Origin: an uncultured Gemmatimonadales bacterium
GTDB taxonomy: Bacteria > Gemmatimonadota > Gemmatimonadetes > Gemmatimonadales > GWC2-71-9
Direction: 5' to 3'
Assembly (NCBI GenBank): GCA_963695555.1
Contig: CAVOGR010000007.1
Span: 64,001 to 128,000 of the forward strand
DNA: 64,000 nt
Below, piece after piece: positions 50,811 to 61,354 of this stretch; position 1 is the first letter of the stretch; the number at the start of each line of letters is the position of its first letter. The notes under the pieces were generated by a model. It had not been told where the DNA came from, ran no database searches, and worked only from the letters and a program-made list of their open reading frames with translations. Both the position numbers and the translations under genes were made by a program.

Positions 50811-51383
50811 CTAGAACGCGATGCTCAACCCGATGCCGAGTCCGTCGGGTTGTGGCACGACGCCCACGTGCACCCGGTCGAGCGGTACTTCCTCCCAGCG
50901 GTCGGACCGAATCAGCAGGCCGACCACGCCACCGAGCAGGGCCCCCGCCGGTGCGCCGATGAGGACGCCGATTCCCGCCGCCGACTGTCCACAACCGGAC
51001 CAAATGATGCAGAATTCCTGCGTCGAACCAATCACCCCTCCGATGACCCCACCGGCGATCAACCCGAGGCCGAATCCGGGCCAGAAGTTGCCTTTCTTCC
51101 CTTCGACCATCCACACCTGGGCGATGGATGACCTCGGAATAGCGAGTTCTGCGTCGGATGACTCGGCGCGGATGCGGAGCGTGTCGTCATCAACGGATTG
51201 AGCGTATCCGGTGCTGCGTCGTGGGGAACGGCTGTCGCGACACTCCGTGACTTGATTGTGCACCAGCTTGCACCGATAGGCCACGCGAACCCGCTGACCC
51301 TGCTCGAGCACCGCTGTCTGTGCGAAGCCAATCCTCGGCGTGGACAGCACAATCAGGACGATCGTTGTGAGAACGCGAGACAT
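50811..51383 (-). CDS. Secreted glycine-zipper-like protein
   Basis: GGAGGG RBS, signal peptide, GQRVRV, GLGLIAGGVIGGVIG / GALLGGVVG, C-terminal Phe (LGIGLSIAF). Confidence 0.75.
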   Translation of the reverse strand: MSRVLTTIVLIVLSTPRIGFAQTAVLEQGQRVRVAYRCKLVHNQVTECRDSRSPRRSTGYAQSVDDDTLRIRAESSDAELAIPRSSIAQVWMVEGKKGNFWPGFGLGLIAGGVIGGVIGSTQEFCIIWSGCGQSAAGIGVLIGAPAGALLGGVVGLLIRSDRWEEVPLDRVHVGVVPQPDGLGIGLSIAF

Positions 51384-51649
51384 GGGACCCTCCGGGTTTG
51401 GTCCGGCTCGACATCGGCCAGACTGAAGTTCGGACCCAGGCTCACGTTGGCCGATTGGTGTCAAGTGAAGGTCAAGTCGGCCACGACCCTGCACGGAACG
51501 GGTGCTACACGGGATGGCAGATGCGGCTTGATCTCCACTTGCCGCAGGGCTCCCAAGATGTGACTGGAGGATCTGGGTCAACCGAGAGGAAATCATGTCA
51601 CGTCTTCGTAGGCTCCACCCCGTGACCTTCGACCTGGAGGGAGGGAGCG

Positions 51650-52133
51650 ATGAGATTCGTGCGACTGTGGTGTTACTGGATTCTGTTCTGCTGCGCGTGT
51701 GGCTCAGACTCCCCGACCGCACCGATGCCACCGTTGATAGAGGGTTCAGGTATGCTGCCGCCCTTTCCCCGCCTGACTCAGTCTTTGGAAGCACGGCATC
51801 CATCTCCGGGTCACATGCATGGGCCGTCTTGGCTCAGGCGCTAGAGTGCACATGGGGCAGGGAGGTCAGGACGGAGTCACGGCCCATCTCATGCTTTCAA
51901 TGGATGTACCTGCTCTGCAGTCTGGACTCCAACTGGGCGTCCATGATGTAGGGTCAGCCGTTCTGTGGGAATTTCATGGGCTCAGAAGGTGGGGCAGGCC
52001 ACCAGGTGTTCCTTCTCCGAGCCCGGGTACCATAACAATTACGGCGGTTCGCGGTGATGGCTTCTCAGCGGACTTCTCGGTGATGCTCACGTCCGTGACG
52101 ATCTTCTGGCAGCGCCAAAGGTGCCGTGGGTGA
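51650..52133 (+). pseudogene. Disrupted lipoprotein-like gene
   Basis: GGAGGGAGGG RBS and signal plus C-GSDSPTAP. Plausible coding continues across three frames; the end is approximate. Confidence 0.4.
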
Positions 52134-52186
52134 GATCCGGTAGCCCTCATGGTCCTCCGACGTCTTGTCACACGATCTATCACGCA

Positions 52187-52298
52187 GAGCCCACCTGGGA
52201 CTCGACGCTGAGCGCGAGCGAGTCCGCCGGAGGCGGGCGACGGAGCGCGAACCGAACGACGGCCCGCGGCCAGCGGGTCGCCGCAACCTAGGACCTCC
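52187..52298 (-). repeat. Degenerate tRNA-Lys 3' half interrupted by an ~80-bp palindromic insert, copy 2
   Basis: GCCCACCTGGGACTCGA | insert 52206-52284 | AACCTAGGACCTCC, compared with the tRNA sequence GCCCCGCCTAGGACTCGA|ACCTAGAACCTCC. Confidence 0.78.
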
Positions 52299-52300
52299 GC

Positions 52301-52331
52301 AAAACAAAACGGCGACCCGCTACAGGTCGCC
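52301..52331 (-). terminator. Terminator of the tRNA operon
   Basis: GGCGACC-7 nt-GGTCGCC stem followed by GTTTTGTTTT on the minus strand. Confidence 0.8.
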
Positions 52332-52338
52332 GAGTAAG

Positions 52339-52411
<73 letters not shown>

Positions 52412-52538
52412 GAAATAGAATCTGCAAAACTGCCATGCAAAGCGCGTTCAAGTGCTATCAGCTATCGGTCGGGTGCAGCGCTAGTAGCGTTAGCTGATAG
52501 CTCTTCCCACTCAAACTCACCACGGGGAATCTCCCCCA

Positions 52539-52610
52539 TAGCCCCAAGGGGAATCGAACCCCTATTACCACCTTGAAAGAGTGGTGTCCTAACCGTTAGA
52601 CGATGGGGCC
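52539..52610 (-). tRNA. tRNA-Glu(TTC)
   Basis: GGCCCCATCGTCTAACGGTTAGGAC...CCACT-CTTTCAA-GGTGG...GGTTCGATTCC. Confidence 0.97.
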
Positions 52611-52626
52611 GGAACCACAACACGCA

Positions 52627-52698
52627 TAGCGCTAACGGGAATCGAACCCGTGTTTCCGCCTTGAGAGGGCGGCGTCCTCACCGCTAGACGATAGCGCC
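52627..52698 (-). tRNA. tRNA-Glu(CTC)
   Basis: GGCGCTATCGTCTAGCGGTGAGGAC...CCGCC-CTCTCAA-GGCGG...GGTTCGATTCC. Confidence 0.97.
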
Positions 52699-52742
52699 GT
52701 GAACAGCGGCTATTAGCTATTTAGCCAATAGCCGTTTTCCAA

Positions 52743-52815
52743 CAGGCCCGGCAGGACTCGAACCTGCAACCCCCGGTTTTGGAGACCGGTGCTCTACCAC
52801 TTGAGCTACGGACCT
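52743..52815 (-). tRNA. tRNA-Trp(CCA)
   Basis: AGGTCCGTAGCTCAAGTGGTAGAGC...CCGGT-CTCCAAA-ACCGG...GGTTCGAGTCC. Confidence 0.97.
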
Positions 52816-52935
52816 AAGCCCCGACCCCACTCTGCCTCTCCCAGTCGGTAGTGGGTAGGCAGTAGGACGCTCGGAACGATGACCTACCCTCCTACTCACC
52901 CACGCCCCGGAAGCGGGAGGAGGGGTGGCGGCAAG

Positions 52936-53010
52936 GGTGGCTGACGGGGATCGAACCCGCAACCTCCGGAGCCACAGTCCGGCGCTCTAACCGATTGAGC
53001 TACAACCACC
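52936..53010 (-). tRNA. tRNA-His(GTG)
   Basis: Encoded G-1 and C73, CCGGA-CTGTGGC-TCCGG anticodon arm, GGTTCGATCC. Confidence 0.97.
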
Positions 53011-53078
53011 ACGCACTCCGGTTCGGCCAAAAAGACCCCCCAGAGCCCGGTGAAGTTAAGGCCCGGCATCGGGTTGGG

Positions 53079-53711
53079 TCAAGGCCAAAATACCGCGACA
53101 ACACGCGCCAGATCAGGCGATTCGGGCACCGGCACCCCGTCCAACTCGGCCACCGGCACCACCCCGCGCGCGGCATTCGCCAGAAAGAGCGGCCGACCGT
53201 CGAGATACCCCCGCTCGACGTGCCGCTCCAAGAGCGGCCCCACCCGCTCGGCCAGGCGCGCCCGGGCCACACCCGGCAAGACCCCCAACGAGGACGCGGG
53301 ACACGCGATCCGATCCCCCTCCCACCAGAACACGCTCCAAATACACCCCTCGGCCACGTACCCCTCAGGCGTCAACAACAGCGCGTCATCCGCGCCGGCG
53401 GCCTTGGCTTCCGCGAAAGCCGCGTCGAATGCCGCACGAAGGGTGGTCTTGTCGGGATAGGGTTGATGGAGCGTGCGCGCGGTCACCAGTCGCACCGCTG
53501 CTGTGCTCCCCACCGGTCGTTCGCTGACCTCCACCTCGCTCGGCGAGACCTGGTATCGCACCACCCGATGGTCTCCTCCAACCGGCGGCGCCAGGTCCAC
53601 AGGAAACGGGATTGCCAACGCGGCACAGCTCCGCTCCAACCGCTCCACGTGATACGGCCAGAGCGGCGCCTGCCCGTGCTTGACCCGGACCGTCTCGATC
53701 AATGCGGTCAC
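53079..53711 (-). CDS. Aminotransferase class IV (PabC/aminodeoxychorismate lyase-like, short form)
   Basis: IETVRV..G, HVERLERS, DKTT, VAEG, GVLPGVAR, LFLANAARG. GTG start overlaps the DMT stop (GTGA). Confidence 0.83.
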   Translation of the reverse strand: MTALIETVRVKHGQAPLWPYHVERLERSCAALAIPFPVDLAPPVGGDHRVVRYQVSPSEVEVSERPVGSTAAVRLVTARTLHQPYPDKTTLRAAFDAAFAEAKAAGADDALLLTPEGYVAEGCIWSVFWWEGDRIACPASSLGVLPGVARARLAERVGPLLERHVERGYLDGRPLFLANAARGVVPVAELDGVPVPESPDLARVVAVFWP

Positions 53712-54628
53712 GAGCGCACCGGTTCCGGCACGGCACGCGCACCGATCAGGGACTTCGTCACGGTCGCCAACACGATGATGGCCCCTCCCAGGAGCGGCCA
53801 GGCGCCGGGCCGCTCGCCGTGCCAAGCCCAAGCCCAGACCGGATTGAGCACCGGCTCGATCATGAGCACGATGGCGATCTCGACCGCCGACAGGTGGCGC
53901 GCCGCCGTGATCAGGAAGATGTACGCCACCGCAATCTGGAACACGCCGAGGTAGCCCACCACCATCCAATCCGCAGCCGAGCCCACGATCGGGAGTGCAG
54001 CCGGCAGGGTCACGAGGCAGGCGAACACGTTCCCCATCAGGATGGCTCCCGCAGCCGTCCCGCCGCGACTGTCTTTCCCTTCCCTGGCGCTCATCCACCG
54101 GAGCCCCATGATGGTGAGCGCAAAGGTCACGCCGCTCGTCGCGGCGAGGATGTTCCCGCGGAGCGGATCGGGCGCCGTCGCCATGGGCGCATCGACACCG
54201 ATGAAGAAGAGCGCAAAGCCCAGCGCCACGACGGCCATGAAGACCACGTCGCGCCGGCGGATCGGCTCGCGAAGGAGCAGCGGACTCAGCAACAGGACGT
54301 AGAGGGGATAGGTCGACTGCAGGAACACGGTGTTGGCTGCAGTGGTCAGTTTGTTCGACACCACGAACAGCACCATGGTGGCCCCGAACGCGACACCCAC
54401 CATGCTGGAGCGCCAGGTGATGCCACGACGCGCGGCCGGCAGAAGGAGCAGCAACGTCAGTGCAGCAAAGCCGGAGCGGAGCGACGCCACCTGCCACCCG
54501 GTGAGTGCCGTGGCCTTGATGGCGGCGCCACCGGTCGAGAACAAGACGGCGGTCGCGATCAACTGGAGGTGTGCCAGCCGGCGAACGGATCCGCTAGCCT
54601 GCTCCTGGCCCACCGCCGTGTCTGCCAT
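53708..54628 (-). CDS. DMT/EamA family transporter
   Basis: About ten TM helices, LFSTGGAAIK, TTAANTVFLQ, IEPVLNPVW...GERP. Confidence 0.92.
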   Translation of the reverse strand: MADTAVGQEQASGSVRRLAHLQLIATAVLFSTGGAAIKATALTGWQVASLRSGFAALTLLLLLPAARRGITWRSSMVGVAFGATMVLFVVSNKLTTAANTVFLQSTYPLYVLLLSPLLLREPIRRRDVVFMAVVALGFALFFIGVDAPMATAPDPLRGNILAATSGVTFALTIMGLRWMSAREGKDSRGGTAAGAILMGNVFACLVTLPAALPIVGSAADWMVVGYLGVFQIAVAYIFLITAARHLSAVEIAIVLMIEPVLNPVWAWAWHGERPGAWPLLGGAIIVLATVTKSLIGARAVPEPVRS

Positions 54629-54631
54629 CGG

Positions 54632-55801
54632 CTACTCCTCGGTGAGCGCCTCGTAGATTCCCGCGACCCACGGCTCGGGAAAGCCTCTGGCCTTGCCCAT
54701 CGCCCTGGTCTGCTCGACGGTCTTGTCGGCGCTCACTGCCATGCGGACGAAGTCGATCAGCTCGAGGGTGGCTTGATAGGACGCGTTGAGCGACGCTGCC
54801 GGCGTCACCGGACCGTGACCCGCGATGACCTTGGTGTCGGGTGTGAGCGTCGCGAGCAGGCTGTCCATCGTGGCCACATACGCATCGACCTGCTTCCCGG
54901 GCCAGATGTACGGCGAGGCCAACGCGAAGTAGCGGTCGCCCATATGGAGCACGTTCGATCCCTCGAAGCGCACGACGAGGTCGCCTTCAGTATGGCCTGG
55001 GAGCGGGAACACGTGCACCGTCTCGCCGTTGAATTCGATGGAGACGGGGTTCTCGATTAGAAGGGTCGGCAGGGAGTGGCCGGTGTGCGGGGGCACCACG
55101 ACGCCTTCGATAAAAGTCTGCGGCTCGAGCAGGGCCTCGCGCGTCTTGGGATGCGCCATGACCGCCGCCGCCGCGCCGAGCGTGGCATTACCACCGACGT
55201 GATCCTCGTGATAGTGGGTGTTGATCACGTAGCGAATTGGAGCCTTCGTAATGCCGCCGAGCGCGCGGAGGATGGCCGGCGCGGCCAGCGAATAGCCCGC
55301 GTCCACCAGCAGGACTCCGTCCGGGCCGACCTGGGCCGCGATCTGACAGCCGGCCCCCTCGAGCAGGTACACGTTGCCCTGCACGTGGGTCGCGGTGACC
55401 TCGAGCGTGTCCACCCGTCGCATGATGTCTTTGAACGACTTGCTCCAACGCACCGGGTCGAACGCCGCATCGTAGGCTGTGTAGTAGACCATCAGCCCTT
55501 CGATCCGGTCGAGCAGCATCTGGGACAGCCACCGGGCGGCCGACAGGCTGTCGCCGGTCATGGCGTAGGCACGGGCCAGGTGGTACTGGACGAACGGGCG
55601 GTTCAAGTGCCGGGCCGGGAGGAACGGATAGGCCTCTCCGAGCGCCGTGGTGTAACCCGCGGTGTCGTCAGCGGCCAGGGCGCTCATGGCCTGCTCGAAG
55701 TGAGCCCGGAATCGATCCAGGTTGCCATCCTGGGCCTGTGCTGGCCCGGCCAGCAACCCCAAGACGCACACCACATGGACCGACCGCGGGACCCGTCGCA
55801 T
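54632..55801 (-). CDS. Secreted MBL-fold metallo-hydrolase with N-terminal TPR-like helices
   Basis: RBS AGGAGG, signal ending AQA-Q, INTHYHEDHVGGN (HxHxDH), GHTEGD, HMGD, IAGHG. Confidence 0.88.
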   Translation of the reverse strand: MRRVPRSVHVVCVLGLLAGPAQAQDGNLDRFRAHFEQAMSALAADDTAGYTTALGEAYPFLPARHLNRPFVQYHLARAYAMTGDSLSAARWLSQMLLDRIEGLMVYYTAYDAAFDPVRWSKSFKDIMRRVDTLEVTATHVQGNVYLLEGAGCQIAAQVGPDGVLLVDAGYSLAAPAILRALGGITKAPIRYVINTHYHEDHVGGNATLGAAAAVMAHPKTREALLEPQTFIEGVVVPPHTGHSLPTLLIENPVSIEFNGETVHVFPLPGHTEGDLVVRFEGSNVLHMGDRYFALASPYIWPGKQVDAYVATMDSLLATLTPDTKVIAGHGPVTPAASLNASYQATLELIDFVRMAVSADKTVEQTRAMGKARGFPEPWVAGIYEALTEE

Positions 55802-55809
55802 GACTCCTC

Positions 55810-56310
55810 CTACCACAGCGGTACCTTGGGCCACTTCCGCGCCAGGTACTGGTCCACCCCCAGCATGCGCCCCCCGGCGCCGAGCATCAGCACCAGGGCG
55901 ATGAACATCATGGGAGCGTCGTTACTCGACGGCTGCCAGAGCGTGGCACCCTTAGTGAGCAGGTAGCCGCCGAGCATGAGAATGACCGCGGCGGACGTGA
56001 GCCGAGTCGCGGTGCCGGTGATCAGGGCCAGCCCGGCCAGGAGCTCGCCCCAGCTGACCAAACCAGCGAAGAAGCCGGCATGCGGCAGCACGACACCCTG
56101 GAGGAATCCCTGGAAGAAACCGTAGCCGCGCTCGAGGCCAACGTTCTCGACGAAGCCGACCAGGCGTGGGGTGAAGCTCCCCTCGCCTGAGAGCTTGGCC
56201 CAGCCGGCCACCAGCATGACGACGCCCAGGTAGACTCGCAGGACCACGAGCAGTCCTCGGCTCACCGTTTGTTGTAGCGCGTGCGATCGGGGTCCCGGAT
56301 AATCGGTCAT
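55810..56310 (-). CDS. DoxX family membrane protein
   Basis: LRVYLG....AGWAKL, GELLAGLALITG..TR, GAGGRMLGVD. Confidence 0.88.
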   Translation of the reverse strand: MTDYPGPRSHALQQTVSRGLLVVLRVYLGVVMLVAGWAKLSGEGSFTPRLVGFVENVGLERGYGFFQGFLQGVVLPHAGFFAGLVSWGELLAGLALITGTATRLTSAAVILMLGGYLLTKGATLWQPSSNDAPMMFIALVLMLGAGGRMLGVDQYLARKWPKVPLW

Positions 56311-56369
56311 GCAACGCTCCTTCGGCGTCGTTGGTTGAGAGTTCAGGTACTGGACGGCCCACCTAGAGG

Positions 56370-56395
56370 GACGGGCAGACGCGGGTCTCGTTGCA
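56370..56395 (-). promoter_or_regulatory. ECF-sigma-type promoter candidate for the doxX-MBL-DMT operon
   Basis: Minus strand TGCAAC-N16-CGTC about 60 bp upstream of the doxX start. Confidence 0.5.
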
Positions 56396-56586
56396 CCGCG
56401 GACCGCGCCGACCGGCTCCTAATATAGGCTCCTGGCGAACAACCGGAGCCGTGGAAGCGGGAAGATTGTAAGGCTGCGGCTTGGCGGTTCGGCGGTTGGA
56501 GCATATGATGTTCGAACCGCCCATCCGACCAACCGCTGAGCGGTCAGCCGTTAGCCGATAGCGCTCGCCCACATCCGGGACACTGC

Positions 56587-57777
56587 ATGCAAAATCCTAC
56601 CGCCCTCCTGTCCGACCCGATGCTGGTCTTTGCGTACCTTGGCGGTCTTCTGGCCATCATCTTCTGGGTGAGCGGAATTCCGGCGCTCGAGAAGTTCTTC
56701 ACCGTCGTCCCGCCGCTCATCTTCGCCTATTTCGTCCCGACCATCTCGACCGCGCTCGGCATCACGCCCATCGCGTCGCCGGCCTACGACTGGATCATCC
56801 GGTTCCTCCTGCCGGTGGCGCTCTTTCTTCTGGTCATTACCATCGATGTCCGGGCCCTGGCCAAGATGGGATGGATGGCACTGGTCATGATGCTGGCCGG
56901 CACGGTGGGCATCATCATCGGCGGGCCGGTGGCGTTTCTGGCCGTCGGGCACTGGCTGCCGGACCAGGCCTGGACCGGCCTGGCCGCGCTCTCGGGCAGC
57001 TGGATCGGTGGCGCGGCCAACATGATGGCGATCGCCCAGAGCGTGGGCACGCCGGATTCGATCCTGGGCCCGATCATCGTGGTCGATACCGCGGTGGGCT
57101 ACGGGTGGATGGGCGTGTTGCTGTTCCTCAGCGCGTTCCAGCACCGATTCGACCGCTGGAGCGGCGCCAACACCACGGCCATCGAGGAGACCAACGCCCA
57201 CATGCGTGAGCTCGAGTCCCATCGTCACCCGATCGAGGTGAAGGATCTGGCCATCACCATCGGTCTGGCCTTCGCCGGCGCGGTGGCCGCGGTGTACGCC
57301 GGTCAAAGAATGCCTGATCTGGGCGACCCCACCATCATCAGCAAAACCACCTGGGCCGTCCTATTCGTGGTGACCGGAGCGCTCATGCTTTCATTCACTC
57401 CGGTGCGGAAGCTGGAAGAGGCGGGTGCGTCGAAGCTGGGATTCATGGCACTCTACTTCCTGATCGCGGCGATTGGCGCGAGAGCCGATCTTCATGCCGT
57501 GCTCCAGACCCCGATGTTCCTCCTCGCCGGCATGATCTGGATGGCCGTGCACATTGCCGTCCTGTTCAGCGTCGCGCGCCTGGTCCGCGCCCCGCTCTTT
57601 TTCATCGCCACCGGCAGCATGGCCAACATCGGCGGCGCGGCCAGCGCCCCGATCGTGGCCGGCGTCTATCATCCGGCCCTCGCCCCGGTGGGCGTGTTGA
57701 TGGGCGTCTCGGGTTACATCCTCGGCATCTACGGCGCCCTTGGCTGCGCCTGGATCCTCGGGCAGCTCGGCGGCTAG
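56587..57777 (+). CDS. DUF819 family membrane protein
   Basis: LSGSWIGGAANMMA, GSMANIGGAASAPIVA, GVLMGVSGYILG. Confidence 0.88.
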   Translation: MQNPTALLSDPMLVFAYLGGLLAIIFWVSGIPALEKFFTVVPPLIFAYFVPTISTALGITPIASPAYDWIIRFLLPVALFLLVITIDVRALAKMGWMALVMMLAGTVGIIIGGPVAFLAVGHWLPDQAWTGLAALSGSWIGGAANMMAIAQSVGTPDSILGPIIVVDTAVGYGWMGVLLFLSAFQHRFDRWSGANTTAIEETNAHMRELESHRHPIEVKDLAITIGLAFAGAVAAVYAGQRMPDLGDPTIISKTTWAVLFVVTGALMLSFTPVRKLEEAGASKLGFMALYFLIAAIGARADLHAVLQTPMFLLAGMIWMAVHIAVLFSVARLVRAPLFFIATGSMANIGGAASAPIVAGVYHPALAPVGVLMGVSGYILGIYGALGCAWILGQLGG

Positions 57778-57850
57778 CCGGGTTGCCTCAGACGCCCGCC
57801 GCGCCGACAATTCGGAACGAGAGGGCATCAACCGAGTCCGGGAGCCGTCC

Positions 57851-60034
57851 GTGAACCGTCGCGAAGGCCTGGCCAAACTCACCGGCCGCGAACGATACGT
57901 CGACGACTTGAAAGTCGAGGACTGTCTTTGGGGCATGACGGTCCGGAGTCCGGCCCCGCGCGGGCGCATTCGCGAAGTCCGGTTCGGGCCAGGGGTCGAT
58001 TGGTCGGAGTTCGTGGTGGTGGACCATCGAGACATCCCCGGCCCCAACGTGGTCAAGCTGATCGAGTCCGACCAGCCGGTCCTCGCGAGCGACTACGTAC
58101 GGCACATACACGAGCCGGTCTTGCTCCTCGCCCACCCTTCCCGCCGCATGGTCCGTCTGGCGGTTCGTGAAGTCGAGATCGTGATCGACCCCGACCCGCC
58201 CGTGCTGGATTTCCGCCTGACTCCTCGCGCCGATCAGATCCAATACAAGAGTGACAACGTCCTGAAGCATCTTCGGATCGAGAAGGGCGACGTCGCGCGC
58301 GCCTTGGCCGAAGCGCCCATCGTGGTCGAGGGCGTGTACGAAACCGGAGCCCAAGAGCACGTCTATCTCGAGCCGCAGGGGATGCTGGCCTACGTGGATG
58401 GCGACGTCTTGGTGATCAAGGGGTCACTGCAGTGCCCCTACTACGTGCTCGACGCGATGACGCATGCGCTCGCCCGTGACCAGCACCGTGTCCGGGTGGT
58501 CCACGCGCCCACCGGCGGCGGGTTCGGCGGCAAGGAGGAGTTCCCGTCGGCCGTCGCCCTACACGCGGGCCTCTTGGCGCTCAAGAGCGGACGCCCGGTC
58601 AAGGTGATCTACGACCGAGCGGAGGACATGGCGGCCACCACCAAGCGGCACCCCGCGCGGGTGCGCCACCGCACCGGCGTCGACCGCGATGGGCGGCTCC
58701 TGGCCCAGGACATCGAAGTGGTGATCGACGGCGGCGCCTACGTGACGCTGTCGCCCGTGGTGTTGAGCCGCTCCATCATCCACGCCGCCGGACCGTATCA
58801 CGCGGAGCACGTGCGGATCGACGGCCGGGCCATGTTCACCAACGCGGTCCCGTTCGGCGCCTTCCGCGGGTTCGGCGCGCCGCAGTCGCAGTTCGCTGTC
58901 GAGCGGCATATGGACGTCATCGCCGAGCGGCTGGGGATCGACCCGATCGAGCTCCGGCGGCGAAACCTGATTCGTGACGGCCAGACGACCGCGACCGGCC
59001 AAGTGGTCCGCGACGGAGTCGATCGGGTGGCCGTGCTGGATCGCGCGCTGGAGCTGTCGCAGTACCGGCGGAAGCAAGCCGGCTATGCCGCGTTCAACGC
59101 CGGCCATCCGACGCTCCGGCGCGGCATCGGGCTCGCTACGTTCTACCACGGCGCCGGCTTCACCGGTGCGGGCGAGGTGTACCTCAACTCCAAGGTCCAG
59201 GTGGCCGGCCTGCCCGACGGCCGGGTCGAGGTGCTGACCGCGTACACCGAGATGGGTCAGGGCCAGATCACCGTGTTTACCCAACTCGCGTCGGACCGGC
59301 TGGGGTACATCCCGGATGACGTGATCATCGCCGCACCCGACACGGCGCGCGTGCCCAACAGCGGCCCCACCGTCGCCTCGCGCACGGCGATGATCGTGGG
59401 CCACCTGGTGGAGCACGCCTGCGACGACCTCCGCCAGCAGGTGAGCGAAGCCACGGCACGCGGAGACTACTTGAAGCGCGCGATCGCGGCCTGGCACGAG
59501 CAGCATCCCGGTCAGTCGCTGATCGGCGAGGCCGTGTACCAGCCGCCGCCCGGCATTGTGTGGGACGAAGAGCACTACCGCGGCGACGCCTATGGGACGT
59601 TCGCGTGGGCCACCTACGTCGCCGAGGTCGAGATCGATCTTCGGACCTACATCGCCCGGGTCATCGATTTCGTGGCGGTGCAGGAAGTCGGCAAGGTGCT
59701 GAATGAGACGCTTGCGCGCGGACAGATTCAGGGCGGCGTGGCCCAGGCCATCGGCTGGGCGCTCATGGAAGAGTGCAAGTGGAACGATGGCGCCATGCAG
59801 AATGGCCAGCTCACCAACTACATCATTCCGACCAGCGGCGACATTCCGCCTATTCGCGTCGACTTTCTCGAGGAGCCCTATCGGTACGGCGCGCAGGGTG
59901 CCAAGGGCATCGGCGAGCTGCCGATGGACGGCCCCGCACCGGCCATCGTGAACGCGGTGGCGCATGCGACCGGCGCCGATCCGCGGTCAATTCCGCTCAC
60001 CCCCGAGCGGTTGATGGAGGCCATGTCTGCATGA
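57851..60034 (+). CDS. Xanthine dehydrogenase family Mo-binding large subunit
   Basis: KLTGRERYVDD, QEHVYLEP, GGGFGGKE, AFRGFGAPQ, EMGQG, SGPTVASR, GQIQGG, AKGIGE. Start uncertain. Confidence 0.93.
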   Translation: MNRREGLAKLTGRERYVDDLKVEDCLWGMTVRSPAPRGRIREVRFGPGVDWSEFVVVDHRDIPGPNVVKLIESDQPVLASDYVRHIHEPVLLLAHPSRRMVRLAVREVEIVIDPDPPVLDFRLTPRADQIQYKSDNVLKHLRIEKGDVARALAEAPIVVEGVYETGAQEHVYLEPQGMLAYVDGDVLVIKGSLQCPYYVLDAMTHALARDQHRVRVVHAPTGGGFGGKEEFPSAVALHAGLLALKSGRPVKVIYDRAEDMAATTKRHPARVRHRTGVDRDGRLLAQDIEVVIDGGAYVTLSPVVLSRSIIHAAGPYHAEHVRIDGRAMFTNAVPFGAFRGFGAPQSQFAVERHMDVIAERLGIDPIELRRRNLIRDGQTTATGQVVRDGVDRVAVLDRALELSQYRRKQAGYAAFNAGHPTLRRGIGLATFYHGAGFTGAGEVYLNSKVQVAGLPDGRVEVLTAYTEMGQGQITVFTQLASDRLGYIPDDVIIAAPDTARVPNSGPTVASRTAMIVGHLVEHACDDLRQQVSEATARGDYLKRAIAAWHEQHPGQSLIGEAVYQPPPGIVWDEEHYRGDAYGTFAWATYVAEVEIDLRTYIARVIDFVAVQEVGKVLNETLARGQIQGGVAQAIGWALMEECKWNDGAMQNGQLTNYIIPTSGDIPPIRVDFLEEPYRYGAQGAKGIGELPMDGPAPAIVNAVAHATGADPRSIPLTPERLMEAMSA

Positions 60035-60522
60035 GCGACTCCGTCCGCACAACCGCGTATCCGCATCGAATTCGTGCTGAACGGCACACCGGTTCCGCTA
60101 CCGTCTCACCGACCGACCGCCTGCTCGACATGCTGCGCTGCCAACTCGCTCTGCCGGGCACCAAGGAAGGCTGCGGCGAGGGCGAGTGCGGCGCCTGCAC
60201 GGTCTACCTCGACGGACTACCGGTCAACTCGTGCCTGGTGCCGGCGTTCCAGGTGCGCGGGTCGCGGGTCGAGACGGTCGAGTCGCTCGATCCGGCCGGC
60301 GCCTCCGAGCCACTGCTCGAGACGCGGCGCGACCCAGTGCGGCGCCTGCACGCCCGGGGTCGTCATGACCGCCTGCTGGATTCGCGGCACATCCGGAGCT
60401 GCTGCGAGACCCACACCGTGCGCGAGCTGATGGCGGGCAACCTCTGCCGCTGCACCGGCTACGACGGCATCATCGACGGGCGTCGAGGCGGCTCTCGAGC
60501 CGGCCGGGGAGCCGCATCGTGC
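60031..60522 (+). CDS. Xanthine dehydrogenase family 2Fe-2S subunit (several frameshifts)
   Basis: GTKEGCGEGECGACTV, VNSCL, GATQCGACTPG and GNLCRCTGY lie in different frames. ATG overlaps the upstream TGA. End approximate. Confidence 0.78.
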
Positions 60523-61354
60523 GACGTCCTGATGCCGGACAGCCTGGCGGAGGCCTGCGCGCTGCTGGCCGAGGCGCCCGATGCCGTGCCCGATGGCCGG
60601 CGGGACCGACCTGCTGCGTCCACTGGCCGCATGCGGCTGGACGACCATGAGCGGACGTACCTCGACCTGTCGGGCTTGCGACGAGCTGAAGCCCATCCGC
60701 TGGACCGACGGACGAGCTCGTGCTCGGCGCGCTCACCACCTACTGGGACGTGATCCGCGATCAGCGGGTCGGCGAGGAGTTCCCGCTGCTGGGCGAGGCC
60801 GCCCGGCAGGTCGGCGCGATCCAGATCCAGACCCGCGGCACCTGGGCCGGCAACATCGTGAACGCCTCGCCGGCGGCGGACGGCGTCCCGGTGCTCATGG
60901 CCTACGACGCGATCGTCGTGCTTCAAGGGCGGGACGGGCGGAAGAGGTGCCCCTCTCTTCCTTTTATACCGGCTACAAGGAGATGCGGCGCCGGCCGGAT
61001 CAACTGGTGAGCGCCATCCGCGTGCCGCGGCGTCCCTACGCGTTTCAGATGTTCGAGAAGGTCGGCTCTCGGGCGGCGCAGGCCATCACCAAGGTCGGTG
61101 TCGCTGTGACCCACTCGGCGGCAGGCTGGCGGGTGGTGGCCAACAGCATGGCGCCCACCGTGTGTCGTTGCCCGGCCTTGGAGTCATTGCTCGAGCTCGA
61201 GATGCTGGTGACCTCGCCGGAGGACCTGGTACCCTCGATTCGAAAGGACGTGGCCCCGATCGACGACATCCGCTCGACGGCCCGCTACCGCGAGACCGTC
61301 ATGGCGCGGGTGCTGTACTATGGGCTGCGAGGGACTTGCGCTTCGTTCCAGTAG
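60519..61354 (+). CDS. Xanthine dehydrogenase family FAD-binding subunit (several frameshifts)
   Basis: PDSLAEA, AGGTDLL, LGALTT, QIQTRGTWAGNIVNASPAAD, KVGSRAAQAI, PIDDIRSTARYR. Start approximate. Confidence 0.78.

Noticed and set aside
52273..52331. 11-bp inverted repeat (52273-52283 with 52310-52320) as an antiterminator of the tRNA operon
   Set aside because: On the minus-strand transcript the competing arm lies downstream of the U-tract, so it cannot pre-empt termination.
53079..54497. 472-aa ORF
   Set aside because: Only the last 210 codons or so (from GTG 53711) are aminotransferase IV; the rest overlaps the DMT gene out of frame.
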